A stretch of 64,000 nt of DNA from assembly GCA_965644295.1 (NCBI GenBank), contig CBFFRP010000238.1, forward strand, positions 287,013 through 351,012, read 5' to 3'. This document shows, piece after piece, positions 39,155 through 50,484 of this stretch. A program made the position numbers and the translations under genes. The notes under the pieces are model-generated. The model was not told where the DNA came from, made no database searches, and saw only the letters and a list, made by a program, of their open reading frames with translations. The stretch is from Paraphysomonas bandaiensis (lineage: Eukaryota; Protista; Chrysophyceae). Each line of letters begins with the position of its first letter. The first letter of the stretch is position 1.

Positions 39155-41167
39155 TCAATGCTTGGGATAAACAGGTTTGGAAAGTGGGCGCGGCCGGCCA
39201 TGGCGTTTATTCTTGGTCCTATTTTGCAACCAGGGGTACATCGTTTCTAGTCGTTGAGTCTCTCGCAAAACCCATTGATCAGAAGAGTGCTGGTGTAAGT
39301 CTTGAATCGTACCGGGCTGTGGAGAATGTACTAAAACTAATTGACCCGCTTTAACCACAGATGGACAAAGGTTGCTAGTGTCATAAGGGCACTCCCATTG
39401 ATGTGGGTCTCGAATCACACCTACGTCCAATAGAATTCGATGTATCATTGCCTGAGTAGTGGCACGTGGAATGGAGAGAAGAGGAATCAGTCGGACATCT
39501 GCATTCGGATCGACTAGTAATATACTCTTGCGTTGAGCCTCATTACTTACTATACACAAGTCTACCTGGGAGATATTTCTTCTAGCCAACTCTCCTTCAT
39601 CCACTGCGTCCTCCAAAGTGGTGTATATCACAGGTACATCCGGACACAGCTGCCTAACACGTGAGATGGTTCGGTTGAACCCCTCTTGCTTCGTCCGTAA
39701 AAATATAACAGCTTTCCATGGACATACATGCAGGGGTTGTCCCATAGCTTCTCTACGCACTGCTCGTACGAGACCTCTCAAAGTACCAGGTCGAAATAAA
39801 CCGATTCCGTCCGCAAGTAGGCTCATGAAGTATTTTGAATACGTAGCAGCAGCACTAGGCTCCATAAAACAAGAATATCCCTCCTTTTGTAGTAGATGCA
39901 TTAATTCCAACCGCCTTTGTGCAGCTGGGTCTCTCTTTATATGCAAACTTGAAGGGCCCATCAAAAGGATTCGATTAGGTTGTTTGATAAAGGATTGTAG
40001 CGTATGTTCCTCCCATGTCGAAAGAGACTGCTCACAACTATATGGTCGTATGGGACAGTACTTATCCAGCAGAGTGGCGTGCTTGTGACTAAAAAGCTGG
40101 CTGTGTAGACCCATGTACACACTTTTAAAATGAGGGCTCATGGTCGTGCCCTCGTTGTGCACAACGACAGCAAGCGGCTGTAAAATCGTAACCAAGCCAC
40201 TCTCGTAGAATGTGGCTGCAGCATCTGTGTCTTCGAAATAGGCCGGTTCGAACTGTTTGTCGAAAAGACCTAGGTCAAGAAATTTTTGTCGGTGGAAAAG
40301 CAGGCAGGCGGCACTGATGTAATCCACGATGCGAGCATGATACATTGGAAGTTCACCAGGAAACATCCCCCGGTACATGTTATGTGTTATGCCGCCTCGA
40401 AACAACAATCCTCCTGCTTCACTTACCCGTCCATCGGAAGATATCATCATTGGTCCTACCAGACCCACACCACCTCTAAAGGTGATCATCACTCGCATCA
40501 TAAGAGACAGCCAACCTGGCAGCACATGTACATCACTATTCACTAAGACAGCATACTTCCCCACCGCGCGATGCAAAGCATCTGTGTTACTCCTACCATA
40601 CCCCATGGCACTGGCGTGATTAATAAAAGTAATATCGGTACCAAATAGGGACCCCAGATTGACGGTGAGTTTCGTTGTCATAGGTATATCCTTGCCTCCA
40701 TCTCTAACAACAATGAATTCGGCGCTGGGCACTTCGTGAGCAGTTCGAAACACTTCAAGTATTGCCTTCGTCGCGTATACATCATTGTTATGTAGTGTAA
40801 ATATAAAGCTGACTAGAGGTAAGCCGGGTTGCTTGATCTGACCCCCTGACGGCAACTGACAGACAACACCACCAGTCTGGTCGATAAGGTCCGCAATAGT
40901 GTCGGTAAGATGCAGTGAATCTAGACTAACAGGTGTGTTCGACACGGTGGAATATAAGCAGCTCCTCTCCACACAGACAGAGTCATTGAGCCCCTCGATT
41001 AAACTCTTTCCCTCATAGCACGGGCCCAGACCGTAATGGTCCCCTAAGAAGGATTTCTTACTTTTATTTTTGGTCGTGATACTAGAGACGGACGACGCGT
41101 ACAAACACAGTAGAACCAACAGTACCCGGTACAATGAAACCTCGCAGGGTGCGTGGCAGCCGGTCAT
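39155..41167 (-). CDS. Glycosyltransferase family 2 (GT-A fold) with N-terminal signal anchor; intronless
   Basis: GYGRSN...GKYAVLVNSDV..PGWL, VGP, DYISAACL, GLFD..F.PAYFEDTD, VVHNEG. Confidence 0.88.
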   Translation of the reverse strand: MTGCHAPCEVSLYRVLLVLLCLYASSVSSITTKNKSKKSFLGDHYGLGPCYEGKSLIEGLNDSVCVERSCLYSTVSNTPVSLDSLHLTDTIADLIDQTGGVVCQLPSGGQIKQPGLPLVSFIFTLHNNDVYATKAILEVFRTAHEVPSAEFIVVRDGGKDIPMTTKLTVNLGSLFGTDITFINHASAMGYGRSNTDALHRAVGKYAVLVNSDVHVLPGWLSLMMRVMITFRGGVGLVGPMMISSDGRVSEAGGLLFRGGITHNMYRGMFPGELPMYHARIVDYISAACLLFHRQKFLDLGLFDKQFEPAYFEDTDAAATFYESGLVTILQPLAVVVHNEGTTMSPHFKSVYMGLHSQLFSHKHATLLDKYCPIRPYSCEQSLSTWEEHTLQSFIKQPNRILLMGPSSLHIKRDPAAQRRLELMHLLQKEGYSCFMEPSAAATYSKYFMSLLADGIGLFRPGTLRGLVRAVRREAMGQPLHVCPWKAVIFLRTKQEGFNRTISRVRQLCPDVPVIYTTLEDAVDEGELARRNISQVDLCIVSNEAQRKSILLVDPNADVRLIPLLSIPRATTQAMIHRILLDVGVIRDPHQWECPYDTSNLCPSVVKAGQLVLVHSPQPGTIQDLHQHSSDQWVLRETQRLETMYPWLQNRTKNKRHGRPRPLSKPVYPKH

Positions 41168-42090
41168 GCCCTAGTTTCAGGTGATTCCTCTGTGAGGTTT
41201 TGTAGCATGGCATGGAGGTAGCTTCGTACTAACTATTCTTATTGGGACAAACACAGTAAACAGCACCTGTGCTATCTATATACAGCAGATATGGTTTTGT
41301 GATATACAGTCCTGTATCTGTAGAATACAGGCAAAAAGATACTACGTCGTACGAGCGACAACACAAGTGATACCCTCACAGCTATTTCACTGCTAATGAC
41401 TGCAGCTCCAGATTCCAATCGTCGACAATATCCATCCATCCCTACCTCATTATCCAGATGTGCCACAGAGTAAATATTTAAGATTCCTGGATATAACGAG
41501 GAGTTCGCCATACTTTGACCTTATAATAACCAGGCGCGATTTGGATACACAGTTAAGGATTTACTGATGCTTAGTCTAAATATTCGCACAGGAGAAAATG
41601 GGCGAAACTTTGAGTTGTCTGGCCAAAAACATTCTGTTCAAGTAACGGCATGTGGAGGGTGCTTACGGACTGTTTGGAAAAGATTCGCACAGTATAGACT
41701 GGGTTCCTGCTCCATTTCTATAATAGTGATTTTGTTCTGACGGAAGCTTAACATGTGGGATATTAACCAACTAGCGGCGATATAACAACTGAAATGGTTT
41801 ATATCTGCATGCAACAGATATATTATAATTCTAGTGGGTTGCATTATATAGTCAACGCAAGTAAAACCTTTTACATATATATATATAACGACCGTATTAT
41901 ATTTAGTAATGTCGGCTATATTTAATAAATTGATATTTATTCTTCTATCTTTGCTACTTCCTGTCACTTCAATGGAGGAATCAATTTACAAGGAGTACAA
42001 CTTATACTTATTTATATATATCATGAATCATGAATTTATAAAATTAATTACACATTTTGGAGTCATATGCATTTAATCATTAGTTAATAC

Positions 42091-42879
42091 CAGGGATAGG
42101 GAACAATATATTGCAATACTATTGTTAGATAGCGTTCCATCAATAGTATTGATGGATTTTTTAAACCGGTCCTACAATACAATTACAATATATTGCAATA
42201 TATTGTCAATGTATTGCGATATATTAGTTTGACTAATCAGTAGGTAAACACATCCGTAGATTTCATTTTTAGTATTAGTCATTAAGATCACATGACAACC
42301 AAACCAACTGCTGCTTATAGTTACTAAAAATCCACCTCGTCCTCATCCTCTGAGCCATCATCGGTGAGGTCAACATCACCATATTCATCCACAGAATTAA
42401 CTGAAATATGCTAGTATCCGGCCATAACTGTAGAAGAGCTTTCTAAAACAACAGCATATTAAGTAGGATGGATACTTTTGCGCAACACTGATATAATATG
42501 TTTAGCTGTGCTGAACAGACGTTCCCATGTATTGGAAGTACATACCAAGGCCAGGCAACCGTTAATGACTCGTAGATCTGTACGTTTCTTAATTTTTTGA
42601 GCTGACTGAAGATTTTTAGTCGCATAGTCAACATCAGCTTCATTATCCTTTGTAATGTTGTAATCAATTTCTCGGTTATTTATATCCATTTTGCACCCTA
42701 CAGTTGAGAATCTTCTCTTGTATGACTATCATAATATTGATTGCAATATATTGCAATAGTATTGTGAGCTCTTTTAGCAGTAACACTATTGATGGAATAT
42801 TTGACCAGTCCACCAATCAATATATTTTACAATATATTGTACAACGTATTGCAATACAATATATTGTTCCCTATCCCTG
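42091..42879 (-). mobile_element. Internally deleted hAT element, same family as 14208-15013
   Basis: TIR CAGGGATAGGGAACAATATATTG at both ends; TSD GTTAATAC (42083-42090, 42880-42887); remnant TSNTWERLFSTAKHIISVLRKSIHP. Confidence 0.95.
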
Positions 42880-43168
42880 GTTAATACTATGACAAATATG
42901 CGGTAACCCTACACAATAATGAGCGAGTAAGAAGCTTCGGGCTTTCCACCATGCTTGCTTAGAGATATTTGTAATTAATCAGCTACATACTGAGGCACTG
43001 CAATATAGAATAATATCTAATGCAATATAGAATAATATCTATTCTTGCGTAGAAGTATATGCCAGTAGAAGTTACGAAGTTACAACGCTATGATACCATA
43101 AATTATAAATAAATATCAGAAGGTTATTTACTGCATTCTCACAAAATTCACCATTGATGTACTACGCC

Positions 43169-44040
43169 CTACGAGCAAATACACGTTTTCTTATTTCTAC
43201 TTCTCTCTTGAGCCAAACGATCTTCCCTCTCTATTTCATCTGCCCAAGGGGTGCGACCTTCATCGTCGTCTCCGGGTCCTCCCGCAACAATATGGGCTTT
43301 CACAACAACATCATAGTACGCCAGCTCATGAGCTGATAATTTAATACCAGCATGCTCTGCTGCACACTAACAGAAACTTAAATATTTAAACACACAAGTA
43401 CTTTTATTCTCACAACCTTGTAGAATGCTTTCACGACATTTTCTCCAGTTCGAGCAGACATAAAGAGTCCAGATTGAACTAACTCATTGTCTTCAACATA
43501 TTTGTCATGCATCGCTTTAGAAACACAACGACTACTGATTAGATCAATCTGAAGATTGTGACATATATTAAAATCAAGCCTTTCGGAGTGATTGGGTAGG
43601 TACCTTGTTTCCGACAATATGAATTTTAGCATTCGGAGAGTGTTTCTTGACAACACGAAGCCAGTCGTCTAAATTTGAAAATGACTCTGTATTTGTGACA
43701 TCATAAACAACAAATATAATATCTGAACTCGAAAGGTACTGAGGCAAATTTTTGCTGTTCATACTCTGCCCTCCGCTGCAGCAAACAGTCAGATATACAC
43801 AGTGATCATGGCAGCATACATGTCCCACACACGCAGTGAGAGCATTTCTCCACCCACAGAGCAATTTTTTTCGTAAAACTCACATCCCACTGTCTGATGA
43901 ACATGAGAAATGAACTAAAATCTAAAGCAGCTTACTTGGCGGTACGTGGCAACGAAACCGTCGTTCTTGAACGATGATATAATCGAGGATTTACCCACTG
44001 AGCCATCGCCAACAATAGCTAGTGTACAATGGTTCGGCAT
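43169..44040 (-). CDS. RAB28: Rab28-like small GTPase, 5 exons
   Basis: GDGSVGKS, Y.Q/TVG.EF, WDIGGQ (Rab28-type), YDVTN, GNK/ID, SARTG, C-terminal cysteines (CICS). Confidence 0.85.
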
Positions 44041-44093
44041 CGTGGGTGATATTATATTATAAAATCTCGCACAACTGATATTTTAACTGAGGA

Positions 44094-44580
44094 TTGTACG
44101 TATGTCTGTACGTATGTCTGTATGTATGTATGTATGTATGTACGTATGTCTGTATGTATGTACGTATGTATGTATGTATGTATGTATGTATGTATGTATG
44201 TATGTATGTATGTATGTATGTATGTATGTATGTATGTATGTATGTATGTATGTATGTATGTATGTATGTATGTATGTATGTATGTATGTATGTATGTATG
44301 TATGTATGTATGTATGTATGTATGTATGTATGTATGTATGTATGTATGTATGTATGTATGTATGTATGTATGTATGTATGTATGTATGTATGTATGTATG
44401 TATGTATGTATGTATGTATGTATGTATGTATGTATGTATGTATGTATGTATGTATGTATGTATGTATGTATGTATGTATGTATGTATGTATGTATGTATG
44501 TATGTATGTATGTATGTATGTATGTATGTATGTATGTATGTATGTATGTATGTATGTATGTATGTATGTATATATATGTA
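44094..44580. repeat. (TATG)n microsatellite, about 490 bp
   Basis: Directly visible. Confidence 0.99.
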
Positions 44581-44751
44581 GCCTGATTGCGTGCTATGTG
44601 CTATATATATAGTATGCAGGTTCGGCAATGTCTATATGGAGAGTGCATACTATTTAACTCCTGAGAAATTATTATTTAAGATAGTAGCCTGAATTAAAAC
44701 AAATAATGCCAAATTAAGATCCTTTTCTCAACCCATCAGTGAACTATTTCA

Positions 44752-46368
44752 ATGGCTAATTCTACTGATCCATTCGCCGAAGCCGTCCATGGAACTAACC
44801 CTCAAAACCTTATCGAGAAAATCACCCGACTGAAAATATATAATTGTAACTATTGGAAGGAGCACTGCTTCGGTCTCACAGCTGAGACGATAGTCGATAA
44901 AGCCATTGCTCTCAAGTACTGTGGTGGCACATATGCAGGAAATGTCAAGCCGACCCCCTTCCTGTGTTTGGCCTTGAAGTTGTTGCAACTGCAGCCCGAA
45001 AAAGAAATTGTCATAGAATTTATAAAAAATGAAGACGTATGTGTTGTCTGTGTTGATTATGTTTGTATATGATTTGATTTTTGCTTACAGTTTAAATATC
45101 TTCGAGTGTTGGGAGCGTTTTATTTTCGATTGGTTGGCAAGGCCGAAGAAGTGTATAAATACCTAGAGCCATTGTACAACGACTATCGCAAGCTTGCATA
45201 TCGTGGCATGAGTGGATGGAAAATCATACATATTGATGAATTCGTTGACGATTTGCTCTATAAGGAGCTTGTGTGTGACGTTGCCCTACCTCATTTGCTG
45301 CGCCGTACGCAGCTCGAAGACGCTGGAGTGCTTAAGCCCCGTGTTAGTGCATTAGAAGATGGCATGAACCTGGATGATGACGACGACGAAAATGACGAAG
45401 AAATTAACGTCCAGTCGAAGTTGAAATCGGAAAAAAGGGATGCAAACACCGCTGCTGTGGAGAACGTGCTTGCAAGTGTTGCCAGCGCTAGTGGAGAGAG
45501 CAGTGCGCATGTTAACAGTACTGGAAATGCGCCCCCTGACAAAGACAGAGACGAAGATAGCATACCAAAGCGGGAAGAGAACGATCTTGGTATGAGAGAA
45601 CAACGAGAGAGAAATAGTGAAGATAGAGTGAAGGAAAGTCACCACAGGAGAGACAGAGAAATTGGTGGTAGAAGCGGTCGCAATACAGAGAAAGAGAAGG
45701 ACAGGCGGAGCAGGGAGAGAGAAAGAAGCAGGGCAGATAAAGGACGTAGATATTCTCGCTCTCGGTCATACTCGCGATCCAGATCCCCTTCATATTGCCG
45801 TCGGAACAGGAGCAGAGGCCGGCGAAGTTACGATCGTCGCAATGACCGAAGTAGAAGTGCAGGTCGTAGTCGCTATCGTAGAAGTAGGGATCGTTCTTCA
45901 AGAAGAAGCAGAGAACGATCCCCGAGAAGAAGAAGTAGAGAGCGTTACTCTAGAAGAAGTAGAGATCGTTCGCCGAGAAGAAGTTATCGTCGTAGCCGGT
46001 CGTACTCCTCATCATCTTCTTATTCAAGTTCGTCGTCTTCATCACGGTCTTCCGAGGAGAGACGGAGGCGTCGGTCACCACAACGATACAGGTCCCCCTC
46101 GCCGAAGGAATATCAAAACAACCCAGTCAACACTTCATCTGAGCCACTTTCTCAGAAAGTTCCTTCCGATGATGAAGATCTTCCAGAAGTAGAGCCATCG
46201 ACAAATAAGTTGAGCACGAAGAAGTTTGACAAAATCTTTGGCAAGAAGAAGAGTGACAAGAAGTCCAAGAAAGATGTGAATGCGCATGGAGGAATAACAG
46301 CACCCGAAGGATCTGTTGAGTATTGGAATCAAATGCGCGAATCGTTAGGCATGAAGAAGTTGAAATAG
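44752..46368 (+). CDS. PRP38: Pre-mRNA splicing factor Prp38 with RS-rich tail; intron 45037-45090
   Basis: MAN.TD...VHGTNPQNLIEKI.R.KIY...YWKE.CFGL; PTPFLCL.LKLLQLQP; LEPLYNDYRKL. Confidence 0.97.
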
Positions 46369-46734
46369 AGACAATAATGTGGTGTCAATGGTGTATGTCA
46401 TGCAAGTTGAAGCAAAAATCTTAAGTAGTAATTACTGAATTCGGCACAAGGATCTTATATTATTACTGACGTTATATTTGAGAGTAGTAGTGACACTAAA
46501 CGATGCTGGCCCGATAAGCTATAAGCAATACACAACATCAATATAGGCATGATTCTAAGTCTCTTCGTATGAGGTCTTACGTCCCTAACAGTCACAAACA
46601 ATCTTCTAGTAGACATATATCACGACCAATAGAATTATATGAATGCATCATAGCTCAAAATAGTTGTGTATCATATGTTAAAAGTTGTAGCAATGCTCTG
46701 TGATCCTTTTATACTTTTAGATTTATATAATATA

Positions 46735-46761
46735 GTTGCTATATATTGTTCCCTAGCACTG
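46735..46761. repeat. Orphan hAT TIR remnant
   Basis: TTGCTATATATTGTTCCCTAGCACTG resembles the right TIR of the 14208/42091 family. Confidence 0.55.
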
Positions 46762-48080
46762 ATTTATAATGTTGAGTTTGTCGAAACCTGAACAAACAGA
46801 TGCTGTGGTCTAAGGATTTTGAATTATATCCGTTGGTATCAAGTACTATATAATATATATTTCGTCTAAAAGTGTATATTTTCGGCCTATTATTGGTTCA
46901 ATAGAACCCTAAACCCTCACCACCGGTATATTATTACCCCATTATTAATTGGATAGACAAGAACCAATCACACAATGACAGCTTACCAACTTCTATAAGC
47001 TTTCGATTTTAATAAGTTTGAAATTTTTATATCACGAAATTAAGACACAGTTTAACCATGGGATAAGGAGTATCGTCCCTCGAAAAAACTTTAAAACTCG
47101 TTCATGTTTCAAATTTGTTTCACGGGACAAAATTGTTTTGAATGAAGTGTTATAAATTATATAAGATAAACTGCAACGTAATGACTACATAAGATCGTGA
47201 CTGTCTAAGATAGTAAATTATAGTTTGACTTTGATAAAACTATTCAATATAACATACAAGCTGTAATGGGTGATATCCCCCTTTATAATGTGTAACGTAT
47301 TGTTCTAGAACACGGCTGTAGCATTGACTAGGCATTTGATGGTGACCGAATGTATGTCACCCAATAATTACTTCGCCTTCTGAATATGATCTCTCGTCCA
47401 CATACAAGGGTGGCAACGAAACACGATTTGCTTATCAAACGCCCGTTCTGGTTTCTACCTCCGCACATCGAACATTCACACAGGTCTTTCATCTGACGTA
47501 ATCACGACGAAGGGTCCCAGGAGATTATCTTACACTGATGTAGAAGCCAGAATGAACATTCTGTATGGCAAAAGTAAAAGATGGTAACTACTATCAATAC
47601 ACCCCTATACACAGCTGATATCTAACTGACATCTCATAAACACCTACAATGTAGTAATAAAAGGGACTGCAGCAGGCGGTCTAATAACATAATAATGGGT
47701 CATAGAATACAAAGACATGTTCAGTTGAGTGAGAATGACTGTAGATCTTCGGTTGTTGAGAAGGTTTAACGAGAATGTGATCTTATTCGCTGGTACGAAG
47801 TTTACTACGCACGTGGCTAGATACAGCAGTATATCGAGATATTTACCACAAAAACCCCTTTATTTGGTAATCTGGATACAAATATCGCAAACCAGATATT
47901 AACTAAAAAAATGTACTTTTGTTCAACATACCATACTATCATACGCTGTGTGTGGTATAGTTTAGTTTCAGTGTATGTGGATGCGCCCATAGGGTATAGA
48001 ACTCTCGAGAATTAGCTGATATTGCACTAGCATTGCCATTGACCACTCCCTTTCACAACCATTAATCTATCTGTGCATAA

Positions 48081-48719
48081 ATGAAAAGCAATCCTATTGC
48101 AAAACTATGCTATTTAACTGTCATTCTTTGCTTGGAATTGTGCATCTCTCATAGTGATCAGTCTTGCCCCCCAACTCATACGTTAGCTCAAAATCCCAAT
48201 GGTGAAGTTATCTCAAATGGGTGTTCGAAGCCATCATTTATTACAGTTGAGGGAGAGGAAGATTTTACCTATTGCTGCGATCGACATGACGCATGCTATG
48301 CTATGTGCCAGGCACCGAAGTCCTATTGTGATGATGACTTCAAGAAATGCATGCATCAGCTGTGTGATAGCAAGTTTGGTACTTCTCCCAACTGCAAGTC
48401 TGCAGCTAATACTTATGCAATGGGAACTGGCATTTTTGGCCAACAAGGCTACATAGAATCCCAAAATGAACATTGCATGTGTGTGCCCGTAGACGACGTG
48501 GTGGATCACTACACAAATATAGTAAGAAATTTTTATTCGTCGTATGCTCCTGATAAAGCTGACAACGTTGATGCTATCATGTCAAAGTATATATCGGGAG
48601 AAAAGCAGCCCACAAAGCTATATAGACTGTACTACGGCCTTCATAAGAAGTACGATAATGCAATTCACCATACAGACGGGCGTCGTAAAATGCAAAACAT
48701 TCCCAAACCGGAGTTATAA
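48081..48719 (+). CDS. Group XII secretory phospholipase A2-like protein
   Basis: Signal peptide; NGC; CCDRHDACY (HD dyad); K..CD..F..C; Cys-rich. Confidence 0.88.
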   Translation: MKSNPIAKLCYLTVILCLELCISHSDQSCPPTHTLAQNPNGEVISNGCSKPSFITVEGEEDFTYCCDRHDACYAMCQAPKSYCDDDFKKCMHQLCDSKFGTSPNCKSAANTYAMGTGIFGQQGYIESQNEHCMCVPVDDVVDHYTNIVRNFYSSYAPDKADNVDAIMSKYISGEKQPTKLYRLYYGLHKKYDNAIHHTDGRRKMQNIPKPEL

Positions 48720-49463
48720 AATATAGATTGGCGTGGTATACTTGGAGCAACATGCTAGAGAAATAGAACTGTGGCTACGTAGAATTTATATAACAAGTGC
48801 AGTATTGATGTTGTATAGTGGCAAGTAAGCGGAGCCACTTCTGTTGCATTATAGATAATACTATTAACCAGTGCGCCCTTATATCCACTGCATTTTTTAC
48901 ATCGAATGCGTATATTTTTGTATCTTAAGCAAGATGTTGAAAAAATGGAATTAATTGATTGAAATATAGAATATAGCCAATGGAAATAGACGGCAAAAAG
49001 TAGTAAGGACAGAGGAACTAAGCGCTGGAAGGGTAGAAAGTAGAAAGAATCATCTACATGAGAATTCCTAATACAGTAGAGTTCCTTCAGAACAGAGTGT
49101 CTCATTACATCGTGTAGTATTCGCATAATAGATCTACAACATGCTTCCTCTGATATGGTTCACCAGTCAATTATTGAAATTGGAACATTGAATCATAATT
49201 GCAACTTGAATCAATTAATTGACAATTAATTGATACGTAGCCCTGTGGTTCACAGATAAACTCTAACTATAAACCTGATTCGATTGTTGTTAGAGATTAG
49301 AGACTAATAGCAACCCCTCTGCTGACACTGGAAATGATATTATAGGCAATAAATGTTCTAATAGAAAAGAACCACAGGTCAAGCAGCAAGCAAGGCACGC
49401 CAATGACAACAAATCATTGGTTTCTCTGGTTTGTGTTGGTTTTTGGTAATTTTATTGGTTATT

Positions 49464-50010
49464 CGTAAAAGAATATTAAAAGTAGTAACACTAGATAAAT
49501 TATTACAATTGCATTCCATTCATAGCCGAATGTTTGAGTGATACAGAGGACACAAATAAGCGTCACCTGTGTATAGACGTCTTTGGCGAATAAACAGGTA
49601 TCCGGGAATGGGCCCACCTTAAGGGCACCGGGGTGTTGGGCTGCCTACAGACTAGTGTAGTCAAGCAACCGGGATAGTTCACCTTAAGGACAGAGAGCGA
49701 AAGTGGTCGCACCTTGGCGCTTGTGGTGACGCACAAGCAGCTTTCGTAGCGCTAAAATAGTAGCACTAGTTAGTAAAATTGTTTTGCTACATTAGTTCTG
49801 ACTCTTGCACGCCTATAACCAGACATTCACTACTCATTATTGCATTATTTCATTCATAATCAACGACATAATTATATATTTGTTACTTGTCAACCACTGA
49901 TCAATTTTCGTATCATGAATCGTCATGATATTTTAGTTTCTCAGTTATAGCTGCATGGTATTTTAACGCAGTCTACAGTTTTATCTTAGAGAAACATACG
50001 TATTCCAACA
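49464..50010 (-). repeat. Diverged solo LTR related to 336-618, split by a family A copy
   Basis: The reverse complement of about 49858-50010 begins TGTTGGAATACGTATG-TTTCTCTAAGATA like 336 onward; 49464-49505 weakly matches the LTR 3' end. Confidence 0.75.
49519..49834 (+). repeat. Family A repeat, 5'-truncated
   Basis: Consensus match ending CAGACATTCACTACT. Confidence 0.9.
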
Positions 50011-50484
50011 GATTGTTTACGATACATCATTGCACTTTTACATAGGATTGTAACTGTTGTCTTACACAATCACTTCATGTCCGTTATTCCACATACCATC
50101 TCGCTCTACAGTGTATTTCTGAAGGTATGCAAATACTTTTTAATATGTTTATTTGTAGAACCAAGATCAGTCGTCCAGTTGTAAGCTAACCACAAGGGCA
50201 GAAGTCAATGAAATAACTCTAATTCAATCAATTATCATGGGTCGTGTTCAAGCTTGAAGAGACCGAACGATTCCAGCCCATCACGGAATTCATTTGTAAA
50301 AATGTAGTTGTAAAATGAATATGAAATGGAATACCAATAAATATCAAGAGAAATAAGTAATGCCATAAATTACAATCGGTATTAATCTAGGATGCCTGAT
50401 GCATATAAAATCTAGATTATTAAAGCCGCAGTGTATGTATGTTCAATGCCGGGTATAGTGTGTACTTACAGTTTACTACAAGTT

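Noticed and set aside
42999-43041. 21-bp tandem duplication TGCAATATAGAATAATATCTA
   Set aside because: Simple local duplication; not an array or CRISPR.
44083-44628. YIHT/MYVC-repeat ORFs
   Set aside because: Microsatellite translation.
47328-47492. Short minus-strand ORF with CxCxxC (MKDLCECSMCGG...)
   Set aside because: Only about 54 aa with no other support; could be TE debris.
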